Below, in pieces: positions 41,629 through 51,809 of a stretch of 64,000 nt of DNA (position 1 is its first letter; each line of letters starts with the position of its first letter). Position numbers and translations under genes: made by a program. The notes under the pieces are model-generated. The model made no database searches and had not been told where the DNA came from. It was given only the letters and a program-made list of their open reading frames with translations. The DNA is from an uncultured Methylomirabilota bacterium (GTDB lineage Bacteria > Methylomirabilota > Methylomirabilia > CAVQYV01): assembly GCA_963718295.1 (NCBI GenBank), contig CAVQYV010000008.1:79098-143097 (forward strand), read 5' to 3'.

Positions 41629-42150
41629 ATGAAATCTTCCTTCCTCTTGATCTGCTTCTGTCTCGCCTGTGCCGTCCCCGTTTCGGCAGCCACCCCGGAC
41701 TCCCTCTACGATCAGGCTGCGGTGTTTCAGCTCCGGGATCAGTATGAAAAGGAACACAGCTACTGTTTTCCGCGCTCCAAGGTTAGCGTGCTGGTTTTTG
41801 CCGACCGAGAAGGGGCGGAACAAATAGAGGGCTGGGTCCGGCCGCTTTACGAGCGCTATCAGGATACGATAGATATCCACGGGGTGGCGAACTTGAAGGG
41901 CGTTCCGACCTTTGCCCAGGGACTGGTACGAAAGATTTTCCGCAAGAGCCTCCAGTATCCGGTAATGCTGGACTGGTCTGGTGATGTAGCCAAATCCTAT
42001 GAGTCGCAATCGGGCATGGCCAACCTGATCTTGTTGAGCAAAGAGGGCGCCGTCGCCTTCAGGATCACCGGGGCTTCGAACCAGGAAAAACTTCAGCAAT
42101 GCTTTAGCGCGATCGACCGGCTTTTGCCGGAAGGTGCCTCGCCGCGCTGA
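41629..42150 (+). CDS. hypothetical secreted protein
   Basis: Signal peptide MKSSFLLICFCLACAVPVSAA; 173 aa, protein-like; 3' end overlaps convergent gene by about 47 bp. Confidence 0.45.
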   Translation: MKSSFLLICFCLACAVPVSAATPDSLYDQAAVFQLRDQYEKEHSYCFPRSKVSVLVFADREGAEQIEGWVRPLYERYQDTIDIHGVANLKGVPTFAQGLVRKIFRKSLQYPVMLDWSGDVAKSYESQSGMANLILLSKEGAVAFRITGASNQEKLQQCFSAIDRLLPEGASPR

Positions 42151-42850
42151 GCGAAAAGCCGGCATGCAGCACAGAGAGTATCACTCCCATCATCGCCGGC
42201 AGAACAAGGCTGCTTCCCAGGGCAAGGATGGTGAAAAACAGGATCACGCTGGCGCCGATCCATCTTGCCCAGACATTGGCCACCATCGGGCGCCGATAAA
42301 GCAGAAACAAAGCCAAGCTGACCAGAAACCATCCGGTGAAATTGCTGAGGGGCACTCCATAATAGCTGCCTCCCTCCGACCAGCGCCAATAGCCGAGCTG
42401 TCCCACGGCGAGGGGCTCCATGACCAGATCGATCGCGGTCATCCAGATCGCACCCAGCAGAGGGCGTGCCCACCCCGGCAGAGTCCACCCTATCATCATC
42501 TGCTGAACATACGCAAGCAGTACGATCCAGGCACACCCCATTGCCACGGGGACTCCGGCGACCAACGGGAAAAGGACGTCCGTGTAATGATACCGACCGA
42601 AGGGAATTCCGGTGTGCACCCCCAGCAGTTCTACGGACCAGCCCAGGATTCCCCATCCCAGGAGGGCCATCCGGTCTGCCGCTTGGGCCGATACAAGGAC
42701 GATGATCCCGCTGAGCGCCAAAAAGGCCGGAGCGGCCCATCGGGAGGCAGCGGGCGGTCCCTTGAGCACAAGATAGCTCGCCAGACCTCCGACCCACAAG
42801 ATGGCAAAGGCTAAGGCCAGCGCAGTGAGGGTGAGTTCACGGGCCCTCAT
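42104..42850 (-). CDS. carotenoid biosynthesis membrane protein (DUF422 / CruF-like, putative carotenoid 1,2-hydratase)
   Basis: Polytopic membrane protein (GIPFGRYHYTD..YYGVPLSNFTGWF) overlapping the downstream desaturase start; family assignment from context and memory. Confidence 0.5.
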   Translation of the reverse strand: MRARELTLTALALAFAILWVGGLASYLVLKGPPAASRWAAPAFLALSGIIVLVSAQAADRMALLGWGILGWSVELLGVHTGIPFGRYHYTDVLFPLVAGVPVAMGCAWIVLLAYVQQMMIGWTLPGWARPLLGAIWMTAIDLVMEPLAVGQLGYWRWSEGGSYYGVPLSNFTGWFLVSLALFLLYRRPMVANVWARWIGASVILFFTILALGSSLVLPAMMGVILSVLHAGFSLSAARHLPAKAGRSR

Positions 42851-44315
42851 ATTTTTCGACCAGACGAGCGGTGATGGCCGCTGACATCAAGACGGTCGGA
42901 ACTCCGCCGCCTGGATGACTGCTGCCGCCCACGCAATAGAGGCCGTTGATCCGCCGATCCTTGTTGGGAGGCCGCAAAAACGCATTGCGCAGGCCATGGG
43001 AATTCGTGCCATAGATCGCACCGCCCGGCATGGCATATTGCTCCGCGATCCGGCGCGGCGTCCATACGTCGGCGGCGACCACCTCGTTCGTGAAATCGGG
43101 AAAACCAGCTTTCTGCAGTCGGCGGAGGATGCGCCGCCGCGCTTCCCCGATCATGATCTCATCCCAGGGCTCAGCATCATTCGCTGGCGCATTGGCCATG
43201 ATGAAGAGGGCCTCCCCTTGGCCCGGCGTCAGGGAGCGGTCCGTGCGACTGGGCATATTGATATAGATCGTCGGGTCCTCCGGAAAACGTCGCTCCTGAA
43301 ATAGCTCATGAAACTCCTGAGCGTAGTCCGCGGAGAAGAAGACGCTGTGATGAGACCATTCCGGCAGGCTCCGGCGAAGGGCAAAGAGGAATATCAGCCC
43401 GGAAAGGGATCGCTGGTTCTCCGGGAGAGGCTGTGCGCCTTTCAGCCCGAGAAGATGCGGTAGGCACGAGGCATCCCCATTCATGATCACAGCTTCTGCC
43501 GGCAATTGCTCGCCCGTTCCCAACTCGACTCCTATTGCCCTCTTCTGCCGATAGATGATTTTCTGCACACAGGTTCCCAATCGCAGCTCGACCCCATTTT
43601 TCTGTGCCAGCGCCACCAGGGCCTCCACGATCTGGTAGAGTCCCCCACGTACATGCCAGGCCCCTATGGCATATTCCATGTAGGGTATGACGATCAGGGT
43701 GGATGGTGTGTGATAAGGGGAAGAGCCCACATAGGTGGTATAGCGGTCGAACATCCGCTGCAAATAGGGGCTGCGGAAATGGTCGCAGACGACGCGATGA
43801 TACTGTCCGAAACCCTGGCGGAGCGGCAGGTAACGAAGCGCGCCCAGCGCTTTTGGGTCCGGTCCTTCCCAGGGGGAGCGGGCCAGGAAAGTGCGCCGGG
43901 ACAGTTCGAAGAGTCGCGCTCCCAGGTTCATGAACCGAAGAAAACCCGAGGCATCTCCTGCCTCGAGCCTTCGCACGGTAGCCAGCCAGGGCGGAAGACT
44001 GGAGGTATGGGTGAATCGGGCACCATCATCAAAAAAGTACTCGGCCAGCGGAGATACCGGCATCAGTTCCAGGTAATCCTCGATCCGTTCTCCCGCCGCC
44101 TGGAAGGTCTCTGTCAGGGCTTGGGGAAGCGTGATGAGGGAAGGACCGGTATCAAAACGGTATCCTGCGGCCTCCCATCGATTCATCTTTCCCCCAGGCG
44201 ATCCAGCCTGTTCGCAGATCGTGACACGCCAGCCACGGGTTGCCAGGCGCAATGCCACTGCCAATCCGCCCAGTCCGGCCCCAATGACCACTGCTTCCCT
44301 ATTTCTGGCCTGCAT
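42837..44315 (-). CDS. phytoene desaturase family oxidoreductase (CrtD/CrtI-like)
   Basis: AVVIGAGLGGLAVA FAD motif; second desaturase paralog in the cluster. Confidence 0.75.
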   Translation of the reverse strand: MQARNREAVVIGAGLGGLAVALRLATRGWRVTICEQAGSPGGKMNRWEAAGYRFDTGPSLITLPQALTETFQAAGERIEDYLELMPVSPLAEYFFDDGARFTHTSSLPPWLATVRRLEAGDASGFLRFMNLGARLFELSRRTFLARSPWEGPDPKALGALRYLPLRQGFGQYHRVVCDHFRSPYLQRMFDRYTTYVGSSPYHTPSTLIVIPYMEYAIGAWHVRGGLYQIVEALVALAQKNGVELRLGTCVQKIIYRQKRAIGVELGTGEQLPAEAVIMNGDASCLPHLLGLKGAQPLPENQRSLSGLIFLFALRRSLPEWSHHSVFFSADYAQEFHELFQERRFPEDPTIYINMPSRTDRSLTPGQGEALFIMANAPANDAEPWDEIMIGEARRRILRRLQKAGFPDFTNEVVAADVWTPRRIAEQYAMPGGAIYGTNSHGLRNAFLRPPNKDRRINGLYCVGGSSHPGGGVPTVLMSAAITARLVEKYEGP

Positions 44316-45432
44316 TTGGTTCTCCTTGTGAGCTGCGATAGATCCGCCCCTTCCAACTTACCCCCTGACCGCTCATGCACCGGTACCAGGAGCTCAGGCC
44401 CACGGCGATCAAGGCCAGGGTAGCCAGAGGGTGGAAGAAAATGGACCACAGGGGATAGCGGAACTGCCAGGCTTGTACCGCGCGCATCAGTAGGATGGAA
44501 GTGACAGCCACCAGAGAGGAGGAGGTTACGTGTCTGATCCCCGCTCGATGCGCCAGCCACAGAAAAGGAAAGAGGAAAAGAGTTGCGTGGAAGAACAGGA
44601 AGAGCCAGAAGCTGAGCGCATGTTGGAAAGCAGGATAAACGAGCTTCTGAAAGCCCCGCCAGATCGAGGAGAAGGATTCATACATCCGGACCCGTATCAC
44701 ATCCTGTCCGTCGAGACACAGGCCCCTCATCCCTTCTTCGCGCCAAACCCGAGCCAGAGCGGTATCCTCAAAGATCTCCGATCGGACCCGGCGGTGGCCG
44801 CCCATGCGCCCATATTCCTCCCGGTGAATCAGCAGACACGCTCCGTGAGCCAGACCCAGCGCCGGAAGCTCCATTTTGAAGGAGAGGGGTGCCGGGAAGA
44901 GGGTAAAGACGACAAAATTCAACATGGGCATCAAGACCTTTTCCCAGAAGCTCCCCATATCTATGCCCGGCCAGCAGGACAGGAAGGTGATCTCTCTTTC
45001 ATGAACTTCATGCAGCATGCGGCCTATCGCACAAGGAGCCAGACGGGTGTCGGCATCCAAGAAGAGGAGCCAATCGCCCTGGGCCTCTTGCGCCAGTTGC
45101 TGGCAGGCAAAGGTCTTGCCGTACCAGCCCTCTGGCAGGTCTGCCGGAGGGAGCAGCCGCACCCGGTCCAGGCGTGCCGAGAAATCTCGGACGATATCCG
45201 GGGTGCGATCGGTGGAGGAATCATCATAGACCAGGACCTCGCACACCGCATCCCCCTGGAGTAAAAGGCTCTCCAGGCAAACCGGCAGAGTGTGCTCTTC
45301 ATTTCGGGCCGGGATTAAGACGGAGACGCAAGAGGAGGCTCCCTCAGGGTCCTCCCTAACCTTCGGCCAACCCCGGGCGTTATACAGGACCAGGGCCAAG
45401 ATGAGCAAAGTCAGGACCATAATGAATGGCAT
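44299..45432 (-). CDS. family 2 glycosyltransferase (carotenoid glycosyltransferase candidate)
   Basis: VYDDSSTD and LFLDADT (DxD) GT-A motifs; C-terminal membrane region; overlaps desaturase. Confidence 0.75.
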   Translation of the reverse strand: MPFIMVLTLLILALVLYNARGWPKVREDPEGASSCVSVLIPARNEEHTLPVCLESLLLQGDAVCEVLVYDDSSTDRTPDIVRDFSARLDRVRLLPPADLPEGWYGKTFACQQLAQEAQGDWLLFLDADTRLAPCAIGRMLHEVHEREITFLSCWPGIDMGSFWEKVLMPMLNFVVFTLFPAPLSFKMELPALGLAHGACLLIHREEYGRMGGHRRVRSEIFEDTALARVWREEGMRGLCLDGQDVIRVRMYESFSSIWRGFQKLVYPAFQHALSFWLFLFFHATLFLFPFLWLAHRAGIRHVTSSSLVAVTSILLMRAVQAWQFRYPLWSIFFHPLATLALIAVGLSSWYRCMSGQGVSWKGRIYRSSQGEPNAGQK

Positions 45433-45743
45433 GATTGTCCAATAGCTACGGCGATCGATTCACCGATGGAGTCAGTGAATCCGCCAGGAGAGCCTTTCCT
45501 CCGGGCAAATAGGGGGATCTGATCTTACACTGCAAAAGCGATAAAAGTTGAAAAATGATAGAATCCTATTGACGAAGGGCACATATCTTCGATATTCAAG
45601 TTGTGTCTTTTTTTGGCATCGCCGATGGCCCCTAACCGTAAATCATGAATAGGGCACCCGGTTCATCTCATAGGCCTCACTCTTAGCACATATCGTGTTT
45701 GGCTTCCAAGGGTAATTTTTTCATCCCTTTACGGCACACGCCC

Positions 45744-46628
45744 ATGTTCGATTTGACGACATATCTGGAAGAGAAGCGGCGGTTTGTGGACGAGGCGCTG
45801 GACCGCCACCTGCCTCCGGAGACGGAGAGGCCCTCCCTCTTGCACAAGGCGATGCGTTACAGCGTACAGTGCGGGGGAAAGCGCCTTCGTCCTATCCTCT
45901 GTCTGGCATCTTGTGAGGCAGCAGGCGGAACGCCAAGCTCGGCAATCATGCCTGCCGTGGCGCTGGAGTATTTGCATACCTACAGCCTGATTCATGATGA
46001 TCTACCCGCCATGGACAACGATGATCTGCGCCGGGGAAAACCCTCTTCCCACAAGATGTTCGGAGAGGCCAATGCCATCTTAGCCGGTGATGCCCTGCTC
46101 ACCCTGGCCTTCGCAGTGCTGGGACAGGCGATAGTGCCGGCCCCTTATCCCCCCACCGCGCTGATCCTGGAAATGGCCACCGCGGCGGGCAGTCGGGGTG
46201 TAGCCGGAGGACAGTTTGAAGATTTGGCCTCTGAGGGAAACGACCCCAATCCGGAACAACTGGACTATATTCACACCCACAAGACGGCCCAGCTGATTCG
46301 CGCCGCCTGCCGTCTGGGCGCCATCGTTGCCGGAGCGCCGCTGGAAGACCTGGAGGCCCTCAGCGCTTACGGAGAGCGAGCCGGACTCGCCTTCCAGATT
46401 GCCGACGACATCCTGAATGCCACCTCAACCCCGGAGGAGCTGGGCAAAGCCGTAGGCAGTGATGCAGCCCGCGGGAAAATGACCTATGTGGCCCTGTACG
46501 GGATCGAGCGTGCCCAGGAAAAAGCGGAGGCCCTGGCCCGGGAGGCGGCCGCCACGCTGGCGGAGATGGGCCCGCGCTCCGAGCCGCTGGCAGAACTGGC
46601 CCGTTTCATGGTTCATCGCAGCCGCTGA
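45744..46628 (+). CDS. polyprenyl synthetase family (geranylgeranyl diphosphate synthase-like)
   Basis: First Asp-rich motif LIHDDLPAMDNDDLRRG, second FQIADDILN; divergent from the carotenoid operon. Confidence 0.85.
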   Translation: MFDLTTYLEEKRRFVDEALDRHLPPETERPSLLHKAMRYSVQCGGKRLRPILCLASCEAAGGTPSSAIMPAVALEYLHTYSLIHDDLPAMDNDDLRRGKPSSHKMFGEANAILAGDALLTLAFAVLGQAIVPAPYPPTALILEMATAAGSRGVAGGQFEDLASEGNDPNPEQLDYIHTHKTAQLIRAACRLGAIVAGAPLEDLEALSAYGERAGLAFQIADDILNATSTPEELGKAVGSDAARGKMTYVALYGIERAQEKAEALAREAAATLAEMGPRSEPLAELARFMVHRSR

Positions 46629-46658
46629 TCATCCCGTTTCTTCGGAATTCGCCCCCCC

Positions 46659-47816
46659 CTAAAAGGCCAGCATCATCCGCGCATAGATCTCGGCGGCCTT
46701 CACCACCTGGTCCATCTCCACGAATTCTGATGCGGTATGGGCCTGGTCGATGCTGCCCGGCCCCAAGACGATCGTGGGAATGCCGGCCCGGGCGGTCTTG
46801 CTCCCATCCGTTCCGTAGGGAACGCCCTTCACCTTGACCTTTCCCAATACCTCGGAGATGGCCGCCTTCGCTACGTCAGCTACCTCTTCGGTCTCCCGGG
46901 TCTCCAGAGGATAATCCACCAGGAAGGGAGTCTCCATGGCCACCTGCAGCTCGGGGTCCCGGCCCCTCATTCCCTCCAGGAGTTCCTCAAAGGAGGCCAA
47001 AACCGAGTCCGGATCCTCCCCCGGGTTCAGGCGGCGGTCCAGCTCGATGACGCAGCGGTCCGGCACGATATTGATCTGAACTCCCCCCTCGATCTTTCCG
47101 ATGCTCAAGGTGGGTGGACCCACCAGGGGATGGCTGATTTGGGATAGGCGGGGCTGCATTTCCTCCTCGATCCGGTCGATGATCCGGGCCATCTTGGTGA
47201 TGGCATTGATCCCTTCCTTGGGCTTGGAGCTATGGGCCGCCTTCCCGGTCACCACGATCCTCCAACGCACCATTCCCTTGTGGGCAATGACCAAGTCCAA
47301 CTCGGTGGGCTCCCCTGCCACTGCGCCCTGCGCCCGGAAGCCGCCCTTCAGGAAATGGAGGATCCCCTTGAAGGTGTACTCCTCATCCACCGATCCCAGG
47401 AAATAGATGTCTGCCTTAGGCCTCCCTTGTTCCTTTACGGCCTTGAGGGCACAGAGCATGGCCGCGATGGAGGCCTTGTCGTCGCAGGCCCCCCTCCCAT
47501 AGAGGCGCCCCTGCTCGATCTTGGGATGGAAAGGGTCGATTTCCATTCCCTCGACCGGCATGGTATCCAGGTGGGCTTCAAAAAGCAGTCTCCTCCGGGA
47601 GTCAGCACCGGCGAGTCTTCCCAGGATGTTGGGCCGCCCGGGCAAGGCTTCATCTCGCTGGACCTCCATTCCCAGGGCCCTCAGGTAGTCGAAGATGTAA
47701 TTGCCGATCACTGCCTCTCCGTTCTTTGCCCCTTTCATGCTGGGGTTGATGCTCTCGATGGCGACCAGGTCCGACAGGACATTGATGACGTGCTCCCGGT
47801 CTACGGCGACTTGCAT
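46659..47816 (-). CDS. M20 family metallopeptidase / deacylase (ArgE/DapE-like)
   Basis: HLDTMPV and GACDDKAS metal-ligand motifs. Confidence 0.75.
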   Translation of the reverse strand: MQVAVDREHVINVLSDLVAIESINPSMKGAKNGEAVIGNYIFDYLRALGMEVQRDEALPGRPNILGRLAGADSRRRLLFEAHLDTMPVEGMEIDPFHPKIEQGRLYGRGACDDKASIAAMLCALKAVKEQGRPKADIYFLGSVDEEYTFKGILHFLKGGFRAQGAVAGEPTELDLVIAHKGMVRWRIVVTGKAAHSSKPKEGINAITKMARIIDRIEEEMQPRLSQISHPLVGPPTLSIGKIEGGVQINIVPDRCVIELDRRLNPGEDPDSVLASFEELLEGMRGRDPELQVAMETPFLVDYPLETRETEEVADVAKAAISEVLGKVKVKGVPYGTDGSKTARAGIPTIVLGPGSIDQAHTASEFVEMDQVVKAAEIYARMMLAF

Positions 47817-50101
47817 GACAAGCTCCTTTCTATTCGATATTCTGTCTTTGCTTTCGCTTCTTTCACGAAGGCCACCAGGAAGATCCAGGCGGCAAGGTTG
47901 ATGAAGGTCAATAGCAAAAGGGACTTAAGAATCCCCCATAGGGGTAGGAGGAGCGCCGAGAAGAGCAGGGCGCCCAGGGCGGAGCCCCAGAGGTCCACGG
48001 CATAGAGGGTCCCCCATGCCGCCTGGGAGCGGCTCTTAACCCACAGGGCATTCGCGAGGCAGAACTGCAGCCCTCCCAAGGCTCCTACTGCCAGGAGGAA
48101 GAAGAAGGAAAGGACCTCCACCCAACCCGACGAACCGGCGGAAGGCATGGATCCCCTCAGGGCCAGGAAGAAGAGGACACAGCAACCCATCAGGGCAGCC
48201 TGGGCGGTGAGAAGCCATCTCCTGAGACCTTGCGCTCTCCTCCCCCAGGAGGCCCCGATCCCCAAGCCGAGCATGAAGGCCGCCAGGAGGAGTCCCAGCT
48301 TGTGATAGATGAACCCATAAGAGATCTGGAAGGCCAGTAACGCTATGATCTCCAGGGAGATGGAGGTGAGGCCAGCGACAAAAACCGACCCCAAGACCGC
48401 GCCACTTGCGAGAGAGCCTCTGGTCGCCCCCAGAAAAACCAGGGAGGCGAGCAGGGCCAGGAGGCAGAGGGAGATCATAACCCAGGAAGTCCGCATGAGG
48501 AAGGGGAAAATGCTCCTTTCCCAGGCGCCGAATTGGGAGGCCCAAAGGGCAGCTCCATATAAGTGGCAGAGGGGCTCCAGATCTCGATTGATCCGAGCGT
48601 CCTGTCCCATCAGTCGATCATTCAGATAGTTCATCTTGAAGGGATGCAGGCGGAAGGGGATGAGGAACTCATTGACATATTGGTTATTGAGCTGCCGCTC
48701 CCGCAGCCGGGCGGCCAACTCCCGCGAGTCGCGCAGGAGAAGGCCCCTCTGGGGGCTGGCGAAAAATAGGCAGGTCTCTCCGGGAAAGGCCACCACCTCG
48801 GCAAAGACAGACCCCAGGGTATTCTGGATCAAAGCCAGGTATCGGGCCAGGTCCTCACTCAGGTAGTTCTCACTCGATGATACGCGGAAGGAAAAGACAC
48901 CCACCGGTTCGAGATGATCTTTTACGATCTGGAAGAATTCCCGGGTGTAAAAGCGGTTCAATTGGAGGGTGCGGGGGTCGGGGAGGTTGAGGATGATGAG
49001 GTCGTATCGTCTGTTGGATTGGCTCAACAGCAAACGCCCATCCCCATATCGGACCCTCACCCGGGGATCCTGGAGCACACTTGCTTCGGGGGGGATGTGT
49101 CGGGCCGCGAGATCGATGACCTGGGGATCCAACTCCGCGTAGTCGATCGTTAGCTTGGGATATTTGAGGGCCTGGGCCACTCCACCCCCCACGCCCCCTC
49201 CCAGGAGGAAGAGGGATTGTGGAGCGGGATGCTGCAGCAGGGCGAAATGGACTCCCTCTTCGGCGGCCGCCGGGTCGGGATAGGAGAAGAGGCGGAGGCC
49301 ATTCTCGAATAGATCGACCTGCCCCCATCGTTTCGTGACCGCAACATTGCCGTAAAGGGTATCGCGGGTATCCAGAAGGTTCAGCCCGCGCCAATGAAAT
49401 CTCCAGGAGAGCCGATCGAGGGCGGAAGGGAGGCCAAAAAAGAAGGAGAGGAGGAAAAATGCCAGCAGGAGAGCATTCACGACCAAGAGCCGCCTCGTCC
49501 CGGGCCATCGGAAGAGATCGAGTGCTATCAGCAAGTTGAGAAGCAGAATGAGAAAAGAGATCTTCAGGTTGGAAAGATGGGGGATGAAAAGATAGGTGCA
49601 GAGCATGCCTCCCAAGAAGGCCCCAATGGCCTCCCAGAGATAGACGAAAGAGACGGCCTGTCCGGGTCCACCTGAGGTCCGGGCGAAGAAGCGGGCGTTC
49701 AAGACAAACAGGAAGCCCAGGAGGAGACATAGGGGGAGGCTCAGGAGGAAGGAGAGAAGGAGGATTGTCGCCAAGGGCATGACTTCCCCCGGCCCCATGC
49801 CTAACAGGGGGCGCGCACTGCGAATCATGAGGAGGCAGACCGGGAGGGAAAAGCCAAGGGCCCCGTAGGCAAACGACAGGACCCTTTCCTCCTGATCAGC
49901 ACGATACCGGCGGGCGAGGAAATTGGCCAGGAAGCTTCCGGTCCCGACCCAGACCAGCCAGGCCGAGAGCATGATCCCCAGGGAGAGCTCGTTGCCGTAG
50001 GCCGCCACTACCATCTCCCGTAAGAGGAGGATCTGGGAGACGGCAGAGGTGAGACCCAAAGAAAGGGGAGAGGAGAGGAGGGCTCCCCTGCCCGAAATCA
50101 T
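47801..50101 (-). CDS. fused membrane (MFS-like) / spermidine synthase-like protein
   Basis: About 12 TM helices followed by aminopropyltransferase-like region (LFLLGGGVGG...IDYAELDPQVIDLA...DPRVRVRYGDGR...YDLIILNLPDP). Confidence 0.75.
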   Translation of the reverse strand: MISGRGALLSSPLSLGLTSAVSQILLLREMVVAAYGNELSLGIMLSAWLVWVGTGSFLANFLARRYRADQEERVLSFAYGALGFSLPVCLLMIRSARPLLGMGPGEVMPLATILLLSFLLSLPLCLLLGFLFVLNARFFARTSGGPGQAVSFVYLWEAIGAFLGGMLCTYLFIPHLSNLKISFLILLLNLLIALDLFRWPGTRRLLVVNALLLAFFLLSFFFGLPSALDRLSWRFHWRGLNLLDTRDTLYGNVAVTKRWGQVDLFENGLRLFSYPDPAAAEEGVHFALLQHPAPQSLFLLGGGVGGGVAQALKYPKLTIDYAELDPQVIDLAARHIPPEASVLQDPRVRVRYGDGRLLLSQSNRRYDLIILNLPDPRTLQLNRFYTREFFQIVKDHLEPVGVFSFRVSSSENYLSEDLARYLALIQNTLGSVFAEVVAFPGETCLFFASPQRGLLLRDSRELAARLRERQLNNQYVNEFLIPFRLHPFKMNYLNDRLMGQDARINRDLEPLCHLYGAALWASQFGAWERSIFPFLMRTSWVMISLCLLALLASLVFLGATRGSLASGAVLGSVFVAGLTSISLEIIALLAFQISYGFIYHKLGLLLAAFMLGLGIGASWGRRAQGLRRWLLTAQAALMGCCVLFFLALRGSMPSAGSSGWVEVLSFFFLLAVGALGGLQFCLANALWVKSRSQAAWGTLYAVDLWGSALGALLFSALLLPLWGILKSLLLLTFINLAAWIFLVAFVKEAKAKTEYRIERSLSCKSP

Positions 50102-51246
50102 CCCCAGACCCCAGGGATCTTCTCTCCGCAGTATCGGCAGGCCCCTTTTTGGAGATGGTTTTCCCGGATGCTATAGCCGACTCGACGGATCAGGGTCTTG
50201 CGACAGCGCGGACAATAGGTGTTCTCACCTTCGTGGCCCGGGACATTGCCAATGTAAACGAAAGAAAGGCCCGCATCCAGGGCAATCTGCCGTGCCCTCT
50301 CCAGGCTCTTCACCGGAGTAGGCGGGAGGTTCTTGAGCAGGTACATGGGGTGGAACCGTGTGAAATGGACCGGGACATGGGGGGAAAGCTCATTTTTGAT
50401 CCAATGACACATCTTGCGGATCGCTCCCTCCTGGTCATTGAGGGTGGGCACGGTCAGATAGACGATCTCATACCAGACACCTTGTTTCTTGAGGATCTTG
50501 AGGGATTCCAGGACCGGCTTCAGCTCCCCCTTGCAGACCTCTTGGTAGTACTTCTCGGTGAAGGCCTTCAGATCCACCTTGACCGCGTCAACTTGCCCGC
50601 AGAGTTCGGTAAGCGGTTCAGGATTGATGAAGGCATTGGTGACCACCACGCTCTTCAATCCCTTTCTTCTGGCCAGCCGGGCGATGTCGATCATATACTC
50701 AAAGAAGATGACCGGCTCGGAATAGGTGTAGGCAATGGAAGTGCATCCGGCTTGCTGCGCTTCAGAGACGATGGCCTCCGGAGGCAGATAGGAGTTCTGA
50801 ACCTGCTCTGGACGCACCTGGGAGATATCCCAATTCTGGCAGAATTTGCAGTGGATGTTGCACCCCGCCGTAGCCAGGGAAAAGGCCAGGGTGGAGGGCA
50901 GAAAATGAAAGAAGGGCTTTTTCTCGATAGGATCGACATTCAGGGCGGTGGGCCGGGAGTGGACCAGGGTATAGTAGGTGCCTTCTCGATTTTCCCTTAC
51001 TCCACAGAAGCCCCGCTCCAGATCGCCCACCCGGCAGCGCCGCGGGCAAAGTTGGCACTCCACCTCCTGGTTGGAGAGCCTCTGGTAGTATCTGGCCTCC
51101 ACCCGGGAGAGTTCGGGGACTCCGGCGAAGGCATCCTGCCCTTGCCCGTCATCCCAGATCGGATCCAGGGGAATGCGGGAGAGCGTGAAAACACAGGCCC
51201 CACCCACAACCCCCTTCAGAAACTGTCTCCGAGTGATGAATTTCAT
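50098..51246 (-). CDS. AmmeMemoRadiSam-system-type radical SAM enzyme with N-terminal twin-arginine (Tat) signal
   Basis: CNIHCKFC radical SAM cluster motif; N-terminus MKFITRRQFLKGVVGGACVFTL matches the Tat consensus. Confidence 0.75.
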   Translation of the reverse strand: MKFITRRQFLKGVVGGACVFTLSRIPLDPIWDDGQGQDAFAGVPELSRVEARYYQRLSNQEVECQLCPRRCRVGDLERGFCGVRENREGTYYTLVHSRPTALNVDPIEKKPFFHFLPSTLAFSLATAGCNIHCKFCQNWDISQVRPEQVQNSYLPPEAIVSEAQQAGCTSIAYTYSEPVIFFEYMIDIARLARRKGLKSVVVTNAFINPEPLTELCGQVDAVKVDLKAFTEKYYQEVCKGELKPVLESLKILKKQGVWYEIVYLTVPTLNDQEGAIRKMCHWIKNELSPHVPVHFTRFHPMYLLKNLPPTPVKSLERARQIALDAGLSFVYIGNVPGHEGENTYCPRCRKTLIRRVGYSIRENHLQKGACRYCGEKIPGVWG

Positions 51247-51383
51247 TCTTCTTCTTCCTTGGATTCCCTATCCTGGGTCTGCATCGTGATTTCGTGATTC
51301 AAGAAGCCTCTCCCTTTGCGTTGGCAGCCTATTCATCGCCACGACTCGAGCCTGCCTGGCCAGGCGCCGACCCCAGGGCGCAT

Positions 51384-51746
51384 CTATTTGGGAGCCAGCA
51401 GATAATCAGACAGGGCCTCCTCCTCCCGGGAGAAGTGAAAGTCAGGCATAATGGTGAAATGGTTGTACTGATGGGGGTTGCGCAGGCGTCCGATGATCCA
51501 ATCACGGGTCCTTTTTTCCTTCTTCCATATCTCCGTCAGATCGGGGGCGGCTTTCCCGCCCCTTCCCTCCATCGTGTGGCAATCCCGGCAAATCTGGGAG
51601 TCGAAGATCTTTTTTCCGCGCGCCACGCTTTGCTTGGAGGCCAAGCCGTCCACTGGCCAGGAGAGGAGGAGGCCGAGGGCGGCTCCGAAAGGAATGAAGA
51701 GCATTCGGCCCAGGCCCGCGTATCCGTTGATGCCTATTGGAATCAT
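51384..51746 (-). CDS. c-type cytochrome (single heme)
   Basis: CRDCH heme-binding motif; hydrophobic N-terminus; RBS ggagga before ATG at 51746. Confidence 0.6.
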   Translation of the reverse strand: MIPIGINGYAGLGRMLFIPFGAALGLLLSWPVDGLASKQSVARGKKIFDSQICRDCHTMEGRGGKAAPDLTEIWKKEKRTRDWIIGRLRNPHQYNHFTIMPDFHFSREEEALSDYLLAPK

Positions 51747-51809
51747 CTCATCTCCTCCGTTTCAGTTGGGTCTGCCTTCTCCATGAGAGCAAAGATCTGA
51801 TCCGTCAAA

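Noticed and set aside
50149-51297. Plus-strand 382-codon ORF
   Set aside because: Antisense to the radical SAM gene, which carries the CxxxCxxC motif
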